Source: Phycisphaerales bacterium JB054
Lineage (GTDB): Bacteria; Planctomycetota; Phycisphaerae; Phycisphaerales; UBA1924
Reading direction: 5' to 3'
Assembly: GCA_043100935.1 (NCBI GenBank)
Contig: JBICHP010000016.1
Coordinates: 25,520-89,519, forward strand
DNA: 64,000 nucleotides
Positions 52,782 to 62,285 of this stretch are shown here, in pieces. The notes under the pieces were generated by a model, which saw only the letters and a program-made list of their open reading frames with translations, did no database searches and was not told the origin of the DNA. Numbering within the stretch: the first letter of the stretch is position 1; each line of letters begins with the position of its first letter. The position numbers were made by a program, and so were the translations under genes.

Positions 52782-52835
52782 GGGACGCCAGTCTACGCAC
52801 CGGCCACACGAGCGAGGTACCATGGACGGGGCCAT

Positions 52836-54443
52836 ATGACAGCAACCAAACTCCGTCTCAGACAGGTCGACGCCGACGCCCGTCCGCTCCCCCTCGGGGA
52901 GGACGCGGTCTCCATCGGCCGCCACCCCGCCAATTCCATCCCCATCGCCGACGAAAAAGCCTCCCGAAAGCACTGCGTCGTCGAGGCCGACCCCAACGGC
53001 GGGTTCCGCGTCCGCGACCTCGGCTCCCGCAACGGCACCCGCCTCAACGGCATCGGCATCGACCGCTCCCCCATCGCCCCGGGCGACATCATCCAGGTCG
53101 GCGACACCGAGTTCGTCATCGAAGAGTCCATCGCCGCAGCACAGGCCTCCTCCAACGGCGACGGCTCCACCCCCCCCTGGGCCGAGGACATGGAGAAGGT
53201 CTGCAAGGCCCTCGAGCCCACCGACCTCCAGTTCCCCCCCATCCGGCTGCTCTCGGCCGACGGCCAGCCCTCCTCGGCGATCGACACCGACGCCCACGGC
53301 CCGCGCGCCGTCCGCCTCGCCCTCCAGATCGCCTCCAAGGCCCGCGCGACCGACCTCCACATCGAGCCCCGCACCGAGGCCGTCCAGATCCGCATGCGCG
53401 TCGACGGCCAGATGGTCTGGATCGGCGACATCCCCAAGCCCGTCGGCGACCGCTTCATCGGCCTGGTCAAAAACGTCTGCCAGCTCCAGACCTCCGCCGC
53501 CGACGCCGTCCTCGACGGCCACTTCTCCGCCCGCTTCGACGACCGCCGTGTCGAGTACCGCGCCAGCTTCACGCCCACCATGCAGGGCCCCAAGCTCGTC
53601 ATCCGCGTCCTCGACTCACGCGACATCCCGACCTCCGTCACCGAGCTCGGCCTCGCCCCCTACATGGAAGAACGCATCCGCCGCGTCTGCACGCTCAGCC
53701 AGGGCATGCTCCTCGTCTGCGGCCCCACCGGCTCGGGCAAGACCACCACCCTCTACAACTGTCTCCGCGCCGTCGACCGCGAAAAGAAGAATGTCATCAC
53801 CATCGAGGACCCCGTCGAATACCACCTCGAGGGCTGCACCCAGATCCCCATCAACGAGCAACGCGGCAACACCTTCCACTCCCTCCTCCGCTCCTGCCTC
53901 AGGCAGGACCCCGACGTCATCCTCCTCGGCGAGGTCCGCGACGACGAGACCGCACGCACCGCCATGCAGGCCGCCATGACCGGCCACCTCGTCTTCTCCA
54001 CCGTCCACGCCAAGGACACCATCTCCGCGGTCTTCCGCCTCCTCGACCTCAAGGTCGAGCCCTACCTCGTCGCCAACGCCCTCGACCTCATCCTCGCCCA
54101 GCGACTCGTCCGCACCCTCTGCAACCGCTGCCAGCGCGACGTCCCCGTCACGCCCGGACAGGCCACCCGCATCGGCAAATACCTCGGCGGCAAGAGCAAG
54201 GTCTTCGCCCCCGTCGGCTGCAAGGCCTGCCTCCGCACCGGCTACCGAGGCCGCCAGGCCCTCTTCGAACTCCTCGAGTTCAACGACGACCTCCGCGACG
54301 TCATCCTCACCGACCAGTCCATCCAGGGCATGCGCAAGATCATCGACCAGGGCCTCTTCACCACCCTCCTCCAGTCCGGATGGAAGCTCGCCGCCGAAGG
54401 CCACACCAGCCTCGAAGAGGTCGACGCCGTCTGCGGCGGCTGA
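52836..54443 (+). CDS. FHA-domain-fused GspE/PilB-family secretion ATPase
   Basis: N-terminal FHA (VSIGRHPANSIPIADEKASRKHCVVE...DLGSRNGTRLNG). Walker A GPTGSGKTTT, Asp box, Walker B DPDVILLGEVRD, His box TGHLVFSTVHA. Zn tetracysteine CNRC...CKAC. Confidence 0.9.
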   Translation: MTATKLRLRQVDADARPLPLGEDAVSIGRHPANSIPIADEKASRKHCVVEADPNGGFRVRDLGSRNGTRLNGIGIDRSPIAPGDIIQVGDTEFVIEESIAAAQASSNGDGSTPPWAEDMEKVCKALEPTDLQFPPIRLLSADGQPSSAIDTDAHGPRAVRLALQIASKARATDLHIEPRTEAVQIRMRVDGQMVWIGDIPKPVGDRFIGLVKNVCQLQTSAADAVLDGHFSARFDDRRVEYRASFTPTMQGPKLVIRVLDSRDIPTSVTELGLAPYMEERIRRVCTLSQGMLLVCGPTGSGKTTTLYNCLRAVDREKKNVITIEDPVEYHLEGCTQIPINEQRGNTFHSLLRSCLRQDPDVILLGEVRDDETARTAMQAAMTGHLVFSTVHAKDTISAVFRLLDLKVEPYLVANALDLILAQRLVRTLCNRCQRDVPVTPGQATRIGKYLGGKSKVFAPVGCKACLRTGYRGRQALFELLEFNDDLRDVILTDQSIQGMRKIIDQGLFTTLLQSGWKLAAEGHTSLEEVDAVCGG

Positions 54444-54600
54444 GCCTCCCGGCCCCGCCGCTCCACCCGGCCCAGGCCGCCGCCACCCCGGTTTCCCGAA
54501 CAATTCCCACCAATCACCGCCGCAAAAAGCGACCTCGCCCAGACTCTCCCTAGTATCCCCTCTCTTACCCCAGCACTTCCAACCAAACCGGAGACCCGAC

Positions 54601-55116
54601 ATGACCACCAAGATCCTCGTTCCGCTGTTCGCCCTCGCCCTGCTGATCCCCGGCTGCTCCAAGGAGGAGACCGAGTCCACCGAGAACGCCATCGGCGACG
54701 CCATCAAGGGCGCCAGCGAAGGCGCCGGCGACGCCGTCAAGGGCGCAACCGAAGGCGTCAAGGACGCCGCCGAGGGCGTCAAGGACGCCGCCGAAGACGC
54801 CGGCAAGGGCATCGCCAACGAGTTCGAGAAGCTCCGCGACGAGGCCGTGACCAAGGCCGAGACCAGCCTCGCCGCCGCCGAGAAGCGCCTCGGCGAGCTC
54901 CGCACCAAGGTCGAGTCGGCCGCAGCACCCATCAAGGCCGCCGCCACCCCCATGGTCGAGTCCGCCGAGCAGAACCTCGCCAAGATCAAGACCGACCTCA
55001 ACGAGCTCCGCACCGCCGGCGCCGAGGGCTGGTCGGCCATCAGCTCCCGCATCGGCGAGTCGCTCAAGAGCCTCAACTCGTCCTTCGACAGCATCGCCTC
55101 CAAGCTCGGCGGCTGA
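54601..55116 (+). CDS. Helical repeat lipoprotein (apolipoprotein/LEA-like)
   Basis: Lipobox LLIPGCS. Repeated GDA[IV]KGA.EG and AEGVKDAAE units, then long amphipathic helices. Followed by a terminator. Confidence 0.65.
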   Translation: MTTKILVPLFALALLIPGCSKEETESTENAIGDAIKGASEGAGDAVKGATEGVKDAAEGVKDAAEDAGKGIANEFEKLRDEAVTKAETSLAAAEKRLGELRTKVESAAAPIKAAATPMVESAEQNLAKIKTDLNELRTAGAEGWSAISSRIGESLKSLNSSFDSIASKLGG

Positions 55117-55145
55117 ACCGACAGATCTACATCCAATGCATCAAC

Positions 55146-55186
55146 GACACCGGCTTCGCATCAGCGAAGCCGGTGTCTCGTTTGCG
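55146..55186 (+). terminator. Rho-independent terminator between convergent genes
   Basis: 14-bp perfect stem GACACCGGCTTCGC / GCGAAGCCGGTGTC with a 4-nt loop, then TCGTTTGCG. Confidence 0.75.
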
Positions 55187-55199
55187 TTGACCAAGCTCC

Positions 55200-55988
55200 C
55201 TACCGGATCTCCCGCAGCCGCACATCCTTGAGCGCCGGAAACACCTCCCGCCACTCGCGCACCGCCGCGATATCCACCCCCACGCTCAGCACCCCCGGCT
55301 CCTCCCCGAGCTCACCGAGCACCTCACCCTTCGCATCCACCGCGATCGTCCCCCCGGCATACGCCAGATGCGGGTCGTTGCCCGTCCGGTTCACCGCCAG
55401 CACGACGCCCTGATTCTCGATCGCCCGCGCGATCGCCAGCGCCCGCCAGTGCGACGCTCTTGCCGCGGGCCAGCACGCCCCGAGCGCAAAGACCTCCGCC
55501 CCCCGCACCGCGCCGATCCGGAACAACTCCGGGAACCGCAGGTCGTAGCACACCGCCGGGCACACCACCGCGCGCTCGCCGCCGGCCGTCCACTCCCACG
55601 TCTCCACCCGATCCCCGCCCGCAAACCGCTCCGGCTCGCGCCCGAAGCTGAACGGGTGCACCTTCGTGTACTCACACACCAGCGCACCCTCCGGCGACAG
55701 CACGCTCATCCGGTTGTCCGCCTTCGTGCAATGGCAGTCGTGCACCGTCCGCCCGCCCTGCACCCAGCACCCAAGGTCCTCGGCAAGCTCCTGCAAAAAC
55801 CGCAGCGTCACCCCGCCCTTATCGGCCGTCACCTCCGTGTTCAGGCTGAACCCCGTCGCGAACATCTCAGGCAGCAGCACCAGATCTCCGGGACCGATAT
55901 CGGTCCCGTCCAGAAGCCGCCCCACACGCCGAAAGTTCTCTTCCGGCGCCTCCCAGGCCATATCCAGTTGCACAAGGTGAGCCCGCAT
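55200..55988 (-). CDS. Carbon-nitrogen hydrolase (nitrilase superfamily)
   Basis: ATG at 55988. Glu-Lys-Cys triad context (LVLLPEMF, YTKVHPF, VCPAVCYDLRFPE). Confidence 0.85.
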   Translation of the reverse strand: MRAHLVQLDMAWEAPEENFRRVGRLLDGTDIGPGDLVLLPEMFATGFSLNTEVTADKGGVTLRFLQELAEDLGCWVQGGRTVHDCHCTKADNRMSVLSPEGALVCEYTKVHPFSFGREPERFAGGDRVETWEWTAGGERAVVCPAVCYDLRFPELFRIGAVRGAEVFALGACWPAARASHWRALAIARAIENQGVVLAVNRTGNDPHLAYAGGTIAVDAKGEVLGELGEEPGVLSVGVDIAAVREWREVFPALKDVRLREIR

Positions 55989-56081
55989 TGCATACAAGCC
56001 TAGCGGCAGTGGGGCGGGCCGCTCTCCCGCACCCCTCCCGAGCCCCGCCGTTACACTCCCCGTGCGGCCACAGAGGCGCTC

Positions 56082-56702
56082 ATGACACAACTCCTCCTCG
56101 CCAGCTCATCCCCCCGACGCCGACGCCTCCTCGAAGAGGCCGGGCTCCCCTTCGAGGCCTCACACCCCGGCGTCGACGACGGCGCCCTCATGCCCGGCGA
56201 GGTCTCGCCCGAGCAGTGGGTCGCCTCCCTCGCCTTCCTCAAGGCCTCCGCCGGCATCGACGTCCTCCCCGCCACCAGCCCCGACGAGCACTGGCTCATC
56301 CTCGGTGCTGACACCCTCGTCGTCCAGGACGGCCAGCTCATCGGCCAGCCCCGCGACGCCGACCACGCCCGCCAGACCATCCTCACCCTCGCCGAGGCCT
56401 CCCACCAGGTCCACACCGGTGTCGCCGTGCTCGACCCGCGCAAGGGCCACCGCCACATCTTCGTCGACACCGCCGAGGTCACCGTCGGACGCATCCCCGA
56501 CGCCGAGATCGACGCCTACCTCGACACCGGCCTCTGGAAGGGCAAGGCCGGCGCATACAACCTCTACGAACGTCTCGACGCCGGATGGCCAATCACCTTC
56601 ACCGGCGACCCGACCACCATCGTCGGCCTCCCCATGCAGCGGCTCACCGTCCTCCTCGCCCGACTCGGCATCACCCCGGCCCAGACCGCCGGCACCCGCT
56701 GA
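56082..56702 (+). CDS. maf: Maf-like nucleoside triphosphate pyrophosphatase
   Basis: LLLASSSPRRRRLLEEAG, GADTLV and GKAGAYNL are canonical Maf blocks. Confidence 0.9.
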   Translation: MTQLLLASSSPRRRRLLEEAGLPFEASHPGVDDGALMPGEVSPEQWVASLAFLKASAGIDVLPATSPDEHWLILGADTLVVQDGQLIGQPRDADHARQTILTLAEASHQVHTGVAVLDPRKGHRHIFVDTAEVTVGRIPDAEIDAYLDTGLWKGKAGAYNLYERLDAGWPITFTGDPTTIVGLPMQRLTVLLARLGITPAQTAGTR

Positions 56703-56734
56703 CCGCCCGATCCTCCGGCCCGCGCAATCCGCTC

Positions 56735-57235
56735 ATGCCCAACCAAGGCGTCCTGCCCCCCATAGTCGTGCTCCCGCTGGCCATCCTCACGGTGCTGCTG
56801 ATCGCTGCGCACCTCGCAGCACTCCAGGCCGACCGCTCCGTCCCACTCAGCCGCCGGCGCATCCGCACCGCCAACGGCGTCGTCATGCTCCTCACCACGC
56901 TGACGCTCGCCTACGCCTTCGCCTACGCCTCCACAGCCGATCCCGCCCGGTTCGCCCTCACCTGGGGGGCCGCGATCATGCTCCTCACCGTCGTCCTCGC
57001 GCTCAGCTCCATCGACGTGCTCAACAACCTCCGCCTCACCCGCCTCCAGCGCCGTCGCGTCAAGAAGGCCGCGATCGATCTCCACTCCCAACTCGCCACT
57101 ATCCTCAAGGGGCACGGACAGACCGGCCCGCGCCTCGCCCGTTCGCCCGCCGATGACCAATCAACAGACGACAACACCGACGACGGGACCGGGAACGACC
57201 AGCCCGATGCGCCAGACCGCACCAGCCGAGCCTGA
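56735..57235 (+). CDS. Small membrane protein, unknown function
   Basis: ATG at 56735. Three hydrophobic helices then an acidic tail. Overlaps the lpxK start region, so one of the two starts is probably mis-set. Confidence 0.45.
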   Translation: MPNQGVLPPIVVLPLAILTVLLIAAHLAALQADRSVPLSRRRIRTANGVVMLLTTLTLAYAFAYASTADPARFALTWGAAIMLLTVVLALSSIDVLNNLRLTRLQRRRVKKAAIDLHSQLATILKGHGQTGPRLARSPADDQSTDDNTDDGTGNDQPDAPDRTSRA

Positions 57236-58262
57236 CCCCCCGATCCTCCGCGGCCCTCTCGGCGCACTCCTCTCCCGCGCCTACGCCGCCGCCGCCTCAC
57301 ACCGCAACCGAAGATTCGACGCCGGACACCGCGTCGTCACCCTCGACCGCCCCGTCATCAGCGTCGGCAACCTCTCCCTCGGCGGCACCGGCAAGACACC
57401 CATGGTCCAGCGCATCGTCGCCCACCTCCGCGAACACGGGCACGACCCCGCCATCGCCATGCGCGGCTACGGCGCACACCGCACCGGCCTCTCCGACGAG
57501 GCCGAGCTCTACAAATCCACATTCGACGACCTCCCCATCGTCGCCCAACCCCGCCGCCTCGAAGGCCTCTTCCAGCTCTTCGCGACCGAACGCGGCCAGC
57601 GCGTCGACTGCGTCGTCCTCGACGACGGCTTCCAGCACCGCTTCATCGCCCGCCAGCTCAACCTCGTCCTGATCGACGCGGCCCACGACCCGTTCACCGC
57701 GCGCGTCGTCCCCGCTGGCCGCCTCCGCGAGCCCGCCGCCAGCCTCTCCCGCGCCACCCACGCAGCCCTCACCCACGCCGAGTCCGTCGAGGCCGCGAGG
57801 GCCCAAGCCCTCGCGTCACAGGTCGCCTCCGCCGCCGGGCTCGAAGAGTGCGCGATCACAGCGCACGAGTGGAGCGAACTCGCCGTCCACACCGCCGACA
57901 ACGACCGCACCGAGCCCGTCTCGTTCCTCTCAGGAAAGCGCGTCATCGCCGCCTGCGCGATCGGCCGACCCGACGCGTTTCTCGCCGACTGCGCGCGCGC
58001 CGGCGCAACGGTCACCGAGCCGATCATCCTCCGCGATCACGACCCGTTTAGCGACGCCACGATCGCACGCATCGGGCAGGCCGCGTCCGGCGCGGGTGCC
58101 GACGCCATCGTCCTCACCGCCAAAGACTGGACCAAGCTCGCCCCGCGCCGCATCAACTGGCCGGTCCCGGTCTGCATCCCAACCCTCGACCTGCACTTCC
58201 GCTCCGGCTGGGAACGCCTCGCCGCCGACATCCTCACCGTCGCCGCCACACCACCCGAGTGA
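57153..58262 (+). CDS. lpxK: Tetraacyldisaccharide 4'-kinase
   Basis: P-loop VISVGNLSLGGTGKTP. RGYG and LDDGFQH blocks. An alternative start is ATG at 57207. Confidence 0.85.
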   Translation: MTNQQTTTPTTGPGTTSPMRQTAPAEPDPPILRGPLGALLSRAYAAAASHRNRRFDAGHRVVTLDRPVISVGNLSLGGTGKTPMVQRIVAHLREHGHDPAIAMRGYGAHRTGLSDEAELYKSTFDDLPIVAQPRRLEGLFQLFATERGQRVDCVVLDDGFQHRFIARQLNLVLIDAAHDPFTARVVPAGRLREPAASLSRATHAALTHAESVEAARAQALASQVASAAGLEECAITAHEWSELAVHTADNDRTEPVSFLSGKRVIAACAIGRPDAFLADCARAGATVTEPIILRDHDPFSDATIARIGQAASGAGADAIVLTAKDWTKLAPRRINWPVPVCIPTLDLHFRSGWERLAADILTVAATPPE

Positions 58263-58270
58263 ACCGCCCA

Positions 58271-58378
58271 TAGAGCCCCTCGCGCAAGCGAGGGGGCCCG
58301 TCTCCTTAGAGCCCCTCGCGCCAGCGAGGGGACGCCCGCTCCTAGAGCCCCTCGCGCAAGCGAGGGGACCCCTCCCCC
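58271..58378 (+). repeat. REP cluster: 3 tandem copies of TAGAGCCCCTCGCGC(A/C)AGCGAGGGG
   Basis: Copies start at 58271, 58307 and 58343, with the same consensus and orientation as 50653-50767. Lies between the lpxK stop and the convergent transporter stop. Confidence 0.9.
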
Positions 58379-58387
58379 GCCGACCCA

Positions 58388-59707
58388 CTACCCCATCCGC
58401 GACGGAGGCGTCGTCTCCACCGGCCGCTCCCGCCGATCGCTCGCGAGCTTCCGCTTCGCCAGCACGGCAAACCCCAGCGCCCCGCTCACGCACAGGACAA
58501 AGCACATCGCATAAGCGATCGCGCTGGCGTGCTCCACCCGCGGCTGCAGCAGCTCGTACGCGCCCACACTCACAAACGGCGCGATCAGCCCCCGCACCCC
58601 CGTCAGCGTCACGTGCACACCCATGTACTCCGACGCCCGCGCCGCCGGCGCAAAGTCCAGATGCCCAAGCGTCCACGCCAGCGCCCCGCCCCCGAACGCC
58701 AGCCCCTGCACCACCGCCGACACCATCAGCAGCCACGGCGTGTTGGTGTAGACCGCCACCGTCGTCACGCCGCAGGCGACCACGAAGAACCAGCTGTGGA
58801 TCTTCCGGAACTGAATCACGTGCACCCGGTCCAGCAGCCGCGCCCAGATCGGGATTGATAGCGGCATCATCGCCAGCGGGATCGAGCTGGTGATCTTGAT
58901 GCCGCCCAGATACTCCATGTCAAACTGCTCGCGAAGCAGCACCACAAGCAGCGGCGTCTGCATCAGATTCCCCAGCCCCAGCAGGAACATGCACGCCATG
59001 TACCCCGCAAACATCCGGTCGCCCGCCAGCAGCCGCACCATCCCGATCGGGTTGAACGACGGCGCCCCGCCCGCCTCGCGGCTGACGACCTCCTCGCGCA
59101 TCAGCGACGCCCGGCCCCGAAGACGCACCCTGCTCCACGACCACACACCCACCAGCGACAGCACACACCCGATCGGCAAGAGCAACCTGAACCAGTCCGT
59201 GTCCCGGTCCATCGCCGCGCCCAGCCCCACACCGAGGGCCGCCATCGACAGCACCTGCACCGTCGCGGTCTTGCCCGTCACCCGCGCCCGCACGTTCCGC
59301 GAATAGTTCTGCCGCCACACCGTCGAGCGCAGCGTGACGTACCCCGCCCAGCAGAACCGGGCAAAGAGCACGCACGTGGTCACGCCCCACATCCCCGCCG
59401 CCGAGCGGGGCATGAAGCCGATCAACGCCACCATCAGGATCATCCCGACCTGCAGCCCGTTGATGAACCGGATCTTGTCCTTCGCGTGGCTCAGCTTCAC
59501 CCACACAAAGCTCACGATGTTGCTGAACGCCATCGACGCCGTGATCACCGCCACCACGAAGTTCAGCAGCGTGTCGCCCACCACCCCCTCGTAGGAGTTC
59601 TTCACCACCACGCCGATGATCGCGCTGTCCACCACCGACAGCAGGAAGGGCAGGAAGAACGCCGCCACCAGCTCGCGGCGGTAGTTCGACCTCGCCATCG
59701 CGGGCAT
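58388..59707 (-). CDS. MFS-like polytopic transporter
   Basis: About 12 hydrophobic helices and a central Arg-rich loop. ARLLDRVHVIQFRK lies in a motif-A-like position. Start uncertain (Met at 59707, 59698 or 59782). Confidence 0.6.
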   Translation of the reverse strand: MPAMARSNYRRELVAAFFLPFLLSVVDSAIIGVVVKNSYEGVVGDTLLNFVVAVITASMAFSNIVSFVWVKLSHAKDKIRFINGLQVGMILMVALIGFMPRSAAGMWGVTTCVLFARFCWAGYVTLRSTVWRQNYSRNVRARVTGKTATVQVLSMAALGVGLGAAMDRDTDWFRLLLPIGCVLSLVGVWSWSRVRLRGRASLMREEVVSREAGGAPSFNPIGMVRLLAGDRMFAGYMACMFLLGLGNLMQTPLLVVLLREQFDMEYLGGIKITSSIPLAMMPLSIPIWARLLDRVHVIQFRKIHSWFFVVACGVTTVAVYTNTPWLLMVSAVVQGLAFGGGALAWTLGHLDFAPAARASEYMGVHVTLTGVRGLIAPFVSVGAYELLQPRVEHASAIAYAMCFVLCVSGALGFAVLAKRKLASDRRERPVETTPPSRMG

Positions 59708-59850
59708 CGCCGACGGCAGAAACGACCGCACCGGGAACAACACCCGGCCCACCCACGTTTCATCATCGGCAACAGGTCGCACGCCTCAAGCCTTGACGCC
59801 CCGCGCCCCCGAAGCAACCCCAAGCCCGCCCCCGCCATACGATCACCCAA

Positions 59851-60708
59851 ATGACAAGCACCTCTACCCAGGGCGATACACCGGCCGCGCCCCGCGAATA
59901 CGTCCTCGGCACCAACCCCGCCGAGCTCCAGCGCCTCGGCTTCCAGCACCGCCTCTGGTCCCGCGCCGCCCACCAGCTCTGGACCCGTGCCGGCATCCGG
60001 CCCGGACACCGCGTCCTCGACGTCGGCGCCGGCCCCGGCTTCGCCTCGCTCGACCTCGCCCAGATCGTCGGCCCCTCCGGCCACGTCCTCGGCGTCGACG
60101 AGTCCGAGCCCTACATCGCCTTCGCGAGCGACCAGGCCCGCGTCCGCCACCTCAACCACGCCACCTTCGCCGTCGCCGACGCCGCCCAACTCGACGCACT
60201 CGAGCAGGTCGAGCCCGGCACGTTCGACATCGCCTACTGCCGCTGGCTCCTCTGCTTCGTGCCCTACCCCGAAGCCGTCGTCGCCGCCATCGCCCGCGCG
60301 CTCAAGCCCGGGGGCAAGCTGCTCGTCCAGGACTACTTCCGCTACGAGACCATGTGCGTCGCCCCGCGCTCCGAGGTCTTCGAGGCCGTCATCGCCGCGA
60401 TCGCCAAGAGCTGGCGAGACCACGGCGGCAACCCCGACATCATGGGCACGCTCCCGACCCTCGCCGTCAGCCGCGGCCTCCGAATCGAACACCTCAACCG
60501 TCTCGATCCCGGCCCCGCACGACCCGGCACCACCATGTGGCACTGGCCCGACACCTTCTGGGGCATCTTCCTCCCGCGCCTCACCGAGCTCGGCTTCATC
60601 ACGCCCCAACAGCACGAGGCCTTCCTCGCCGAGTGGAAGTCGCTCTCGGCCAACCCCGCCGCGTACATGCACCTCCCGCCGATGTACGAGCTCATCGCGA
60701 CCCGCTAG
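59851..60708 (+). CDS. Class I SAM-dependent methyltransferase
   Basis: Motif I VLDVGAGPGFASLDLA, then post-I GVDES and motif II/III LKPGGKLLV. Confidence 0.85.
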   Translation: MTSTSTQGDTPAAPREYVLGTNPAELQRLGFQHRLWSRAAHQLWTRAGIRPGHRVLDVGAGPGFASLDLAQIVGPSGHVLGVDESEPYIAFASDQARVRHLNHATFAVADAAQLDALEQVEPGTFDIAYCRWLLCFVPYPEAVVAAIARALKPGGKLLVQDYFRYETMCVAPRSEVFEAVIAAIAKSWRDHGGNPDIMGTLPTLAVSRGLRIEHLNRLDPGPARPGTTMWHWPDTFWGIFLPRLTELGFITPQQHEAFLAEWKSLSANPAAYMHLPPMYELIATR

Positions 60709-60749
60709 CACCCGCACGGCCGGACACCACCCGCCCCTACACTGCCCGC

Positions 60750-62273
60750 ATGCACAGTTCCCTGACCGTCGCGCTCATGCTTGCCGGCTGCGCCATCGCC
60801 GCCGCGCAGGACTCCACCCCCCCGTCCCAGTCCGAAACGCCGACGGAGACCCAGCCCGAGTCCGGCCCGCTCCCCGCCGAACCCATCAACTACGCCGCGC
60901 TCCGCAACGCCGAGGTCCTCGCGATCCCCGACGCCGAGCGCGCCTGGCCGATCTACGCCGAGCTTCAGGCCATCCTCGCGCCCCGCCTCCGCGAGCTCCG
61001 GCCCCTCCAGACCGCCAATCCCGGCGACGACAACTGGGACCAGGCCACCGCCCTCCTCGACCAGATGCCCCAACTCCTCCCCCTCGTCGAAGAGCTCCAG
61101 ACCAAGCCGACCCTCGCGTGGATCTGGGCCGACGCCCTCCCCGCCGAGTGGGTCCGCGCCCTCCGCGGCCCCGATGTCACCCCGCCCGAGCCCAGCCCCA
61201 ACCCCCGGCTCACCGATATCGCGCTGCCCTACGTCAACACCATCCGCACCGCTGGCACCTGCCTCCGCCTCGAAGCCCTCCGCGCCGCCGAAGCCGGCAA
61301 CATCGACCGCGCCATCGAGATCCTCGAATACGCCCCGCTCATGGCCCGCCACCTCGAAGAGACCCGCGTCGTCGCCACCTGCATCGGCGCGATCGCGCTG
61401 CAGGGCGGCGTCATCGTCGAGGGCGTCATCCAGCTCACCGACCTCGCCGGCGACTCGCTCACCCCCGCGCAGCTCGACCGCCTCGACGCCCTCCTCGACA
61501 CGGTCACCCACCAGAAGTTCACGACCGACCTCGTCGCCGACGAACGCAGCATCTTCGCCGACGCCATCGACAACATCTACAACGAGATCGACCCCCTCGG
61601 CGACCCGCAGATCTCCGTCGCCGGAGCCGGCAAGCTCATGACCCTCTCCGGATCCACCATCCCCCCGGACCTCGACCCCGCAACCGACATCCCCGAAGAA
61701 AACAAGCAGGCCGCGATCCAGCGATTCCGCACCATGGCCCTCTCCTACGAAGAGTCCTACGACGGCTGGCAACGCGCCTGGGACACCGTCACCGCCGAGG
61801 CAAGCCAGCCCGTCTGGACTTGGACCGCCCCGCCCGGCTTCGAGACGCTCCGCGCCGAGTCCGCCGCCGCAGCCGAGAACAACCGCACGCTCCCCTACAT
61901 GCTCTTTGTCTCGTCCTACCACCGCGTCGCCGAGTTCTGCGAGCTGCTCCGCATCCAGACCGACGCCGCCCGCGTCGCCGTCGCCCTCCAGCGATACCAC
62001 AGCCAGCACGACGCCTGGCCCGAATCCCTCGACGCCCTCGTCCCCGACGCACTCCCCGCCATCCCCGCCGACTGGGTAGACGGCCAGCCACTCCGCTACA
62101 CGCTCAGCGACGAGGGCCAACCCGCCCTCTACTCCATCGGCCCCGACGGCGACGACGACAACGCCAAGCCCCTGCCCCAGGGCGCCGGCGAGCGCTACGT
62201 CTACCCATCCCAGCGCGAGGCCAGACCCCAGGTCATCCCCGACGGAGACTGGGTCCTCTGGCCAGGAACCTGA
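60750..62273 (+). CDS. Lipoprotein, unknown function, with pseudopilin-like C-terminal module
   Basis: Lipobox ALMLAGCA. Long helical region. The C-terminus LRYTLSDEGQPALYSIGPDGDDDN resembles the GspG-type Ca-binding C-terminal strand-loop. Confidence 0.55.
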   Translation: MHSSLTVALMLAGCAIAAAQDSTPPSQSETPTETQPESGPLPAEPINYAALRNAEVLAIPDAERAWPIYAELQAILAPRLRELRPLQTANPGDDNWDQATALLDQMPQLLPLVEELQTKPTLAWIWADALPAEWVRALRGPDVTPPEPSPNPRLTDIALPYVNTIRTAGTCLRLEALRAAEAGNIDRAIEILEYAPLMARHLEETRVVATCIGAIALQGGVIVEGVIQLTDLAGDSLTPAQLDRLDALLDTVTHQKFTTDLVADERSIFADAIDNIYNEIDPLGDPQISVAGAGKLMTLSGSTIPPDLDPATDIPEENKQAAIQRFRTMALSYEESYDGWQRAWDTVTAEASQPVWTWTAPPGFETLRAESAAAAENNRTLPYMLFVSSYHRVAEFCELLRIQTDAARVAVALQRYHSQHDAWPESLDALVPDALPAIPADWVDGQPLRYTLSDEGQPALYSIGPDGDDDNAKPLPQGAGERYVYPSQREARPQVIPDGDWVLWPGT

Positions 62274-62285
62274 GCCGCAGCGTCT

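Noticed and set aside
57153-57235. 83-nt overlap between the small membrane protein gene (56735..57235) and lpxK (57153 start) as a possible programmed overlap.
   Set aside because: This is more likely a start-codon assignment issue. lpxK may start at ATG 57207, or the membrane ORF may be partly spurious at its acidic tail. There is no frameshift signal.
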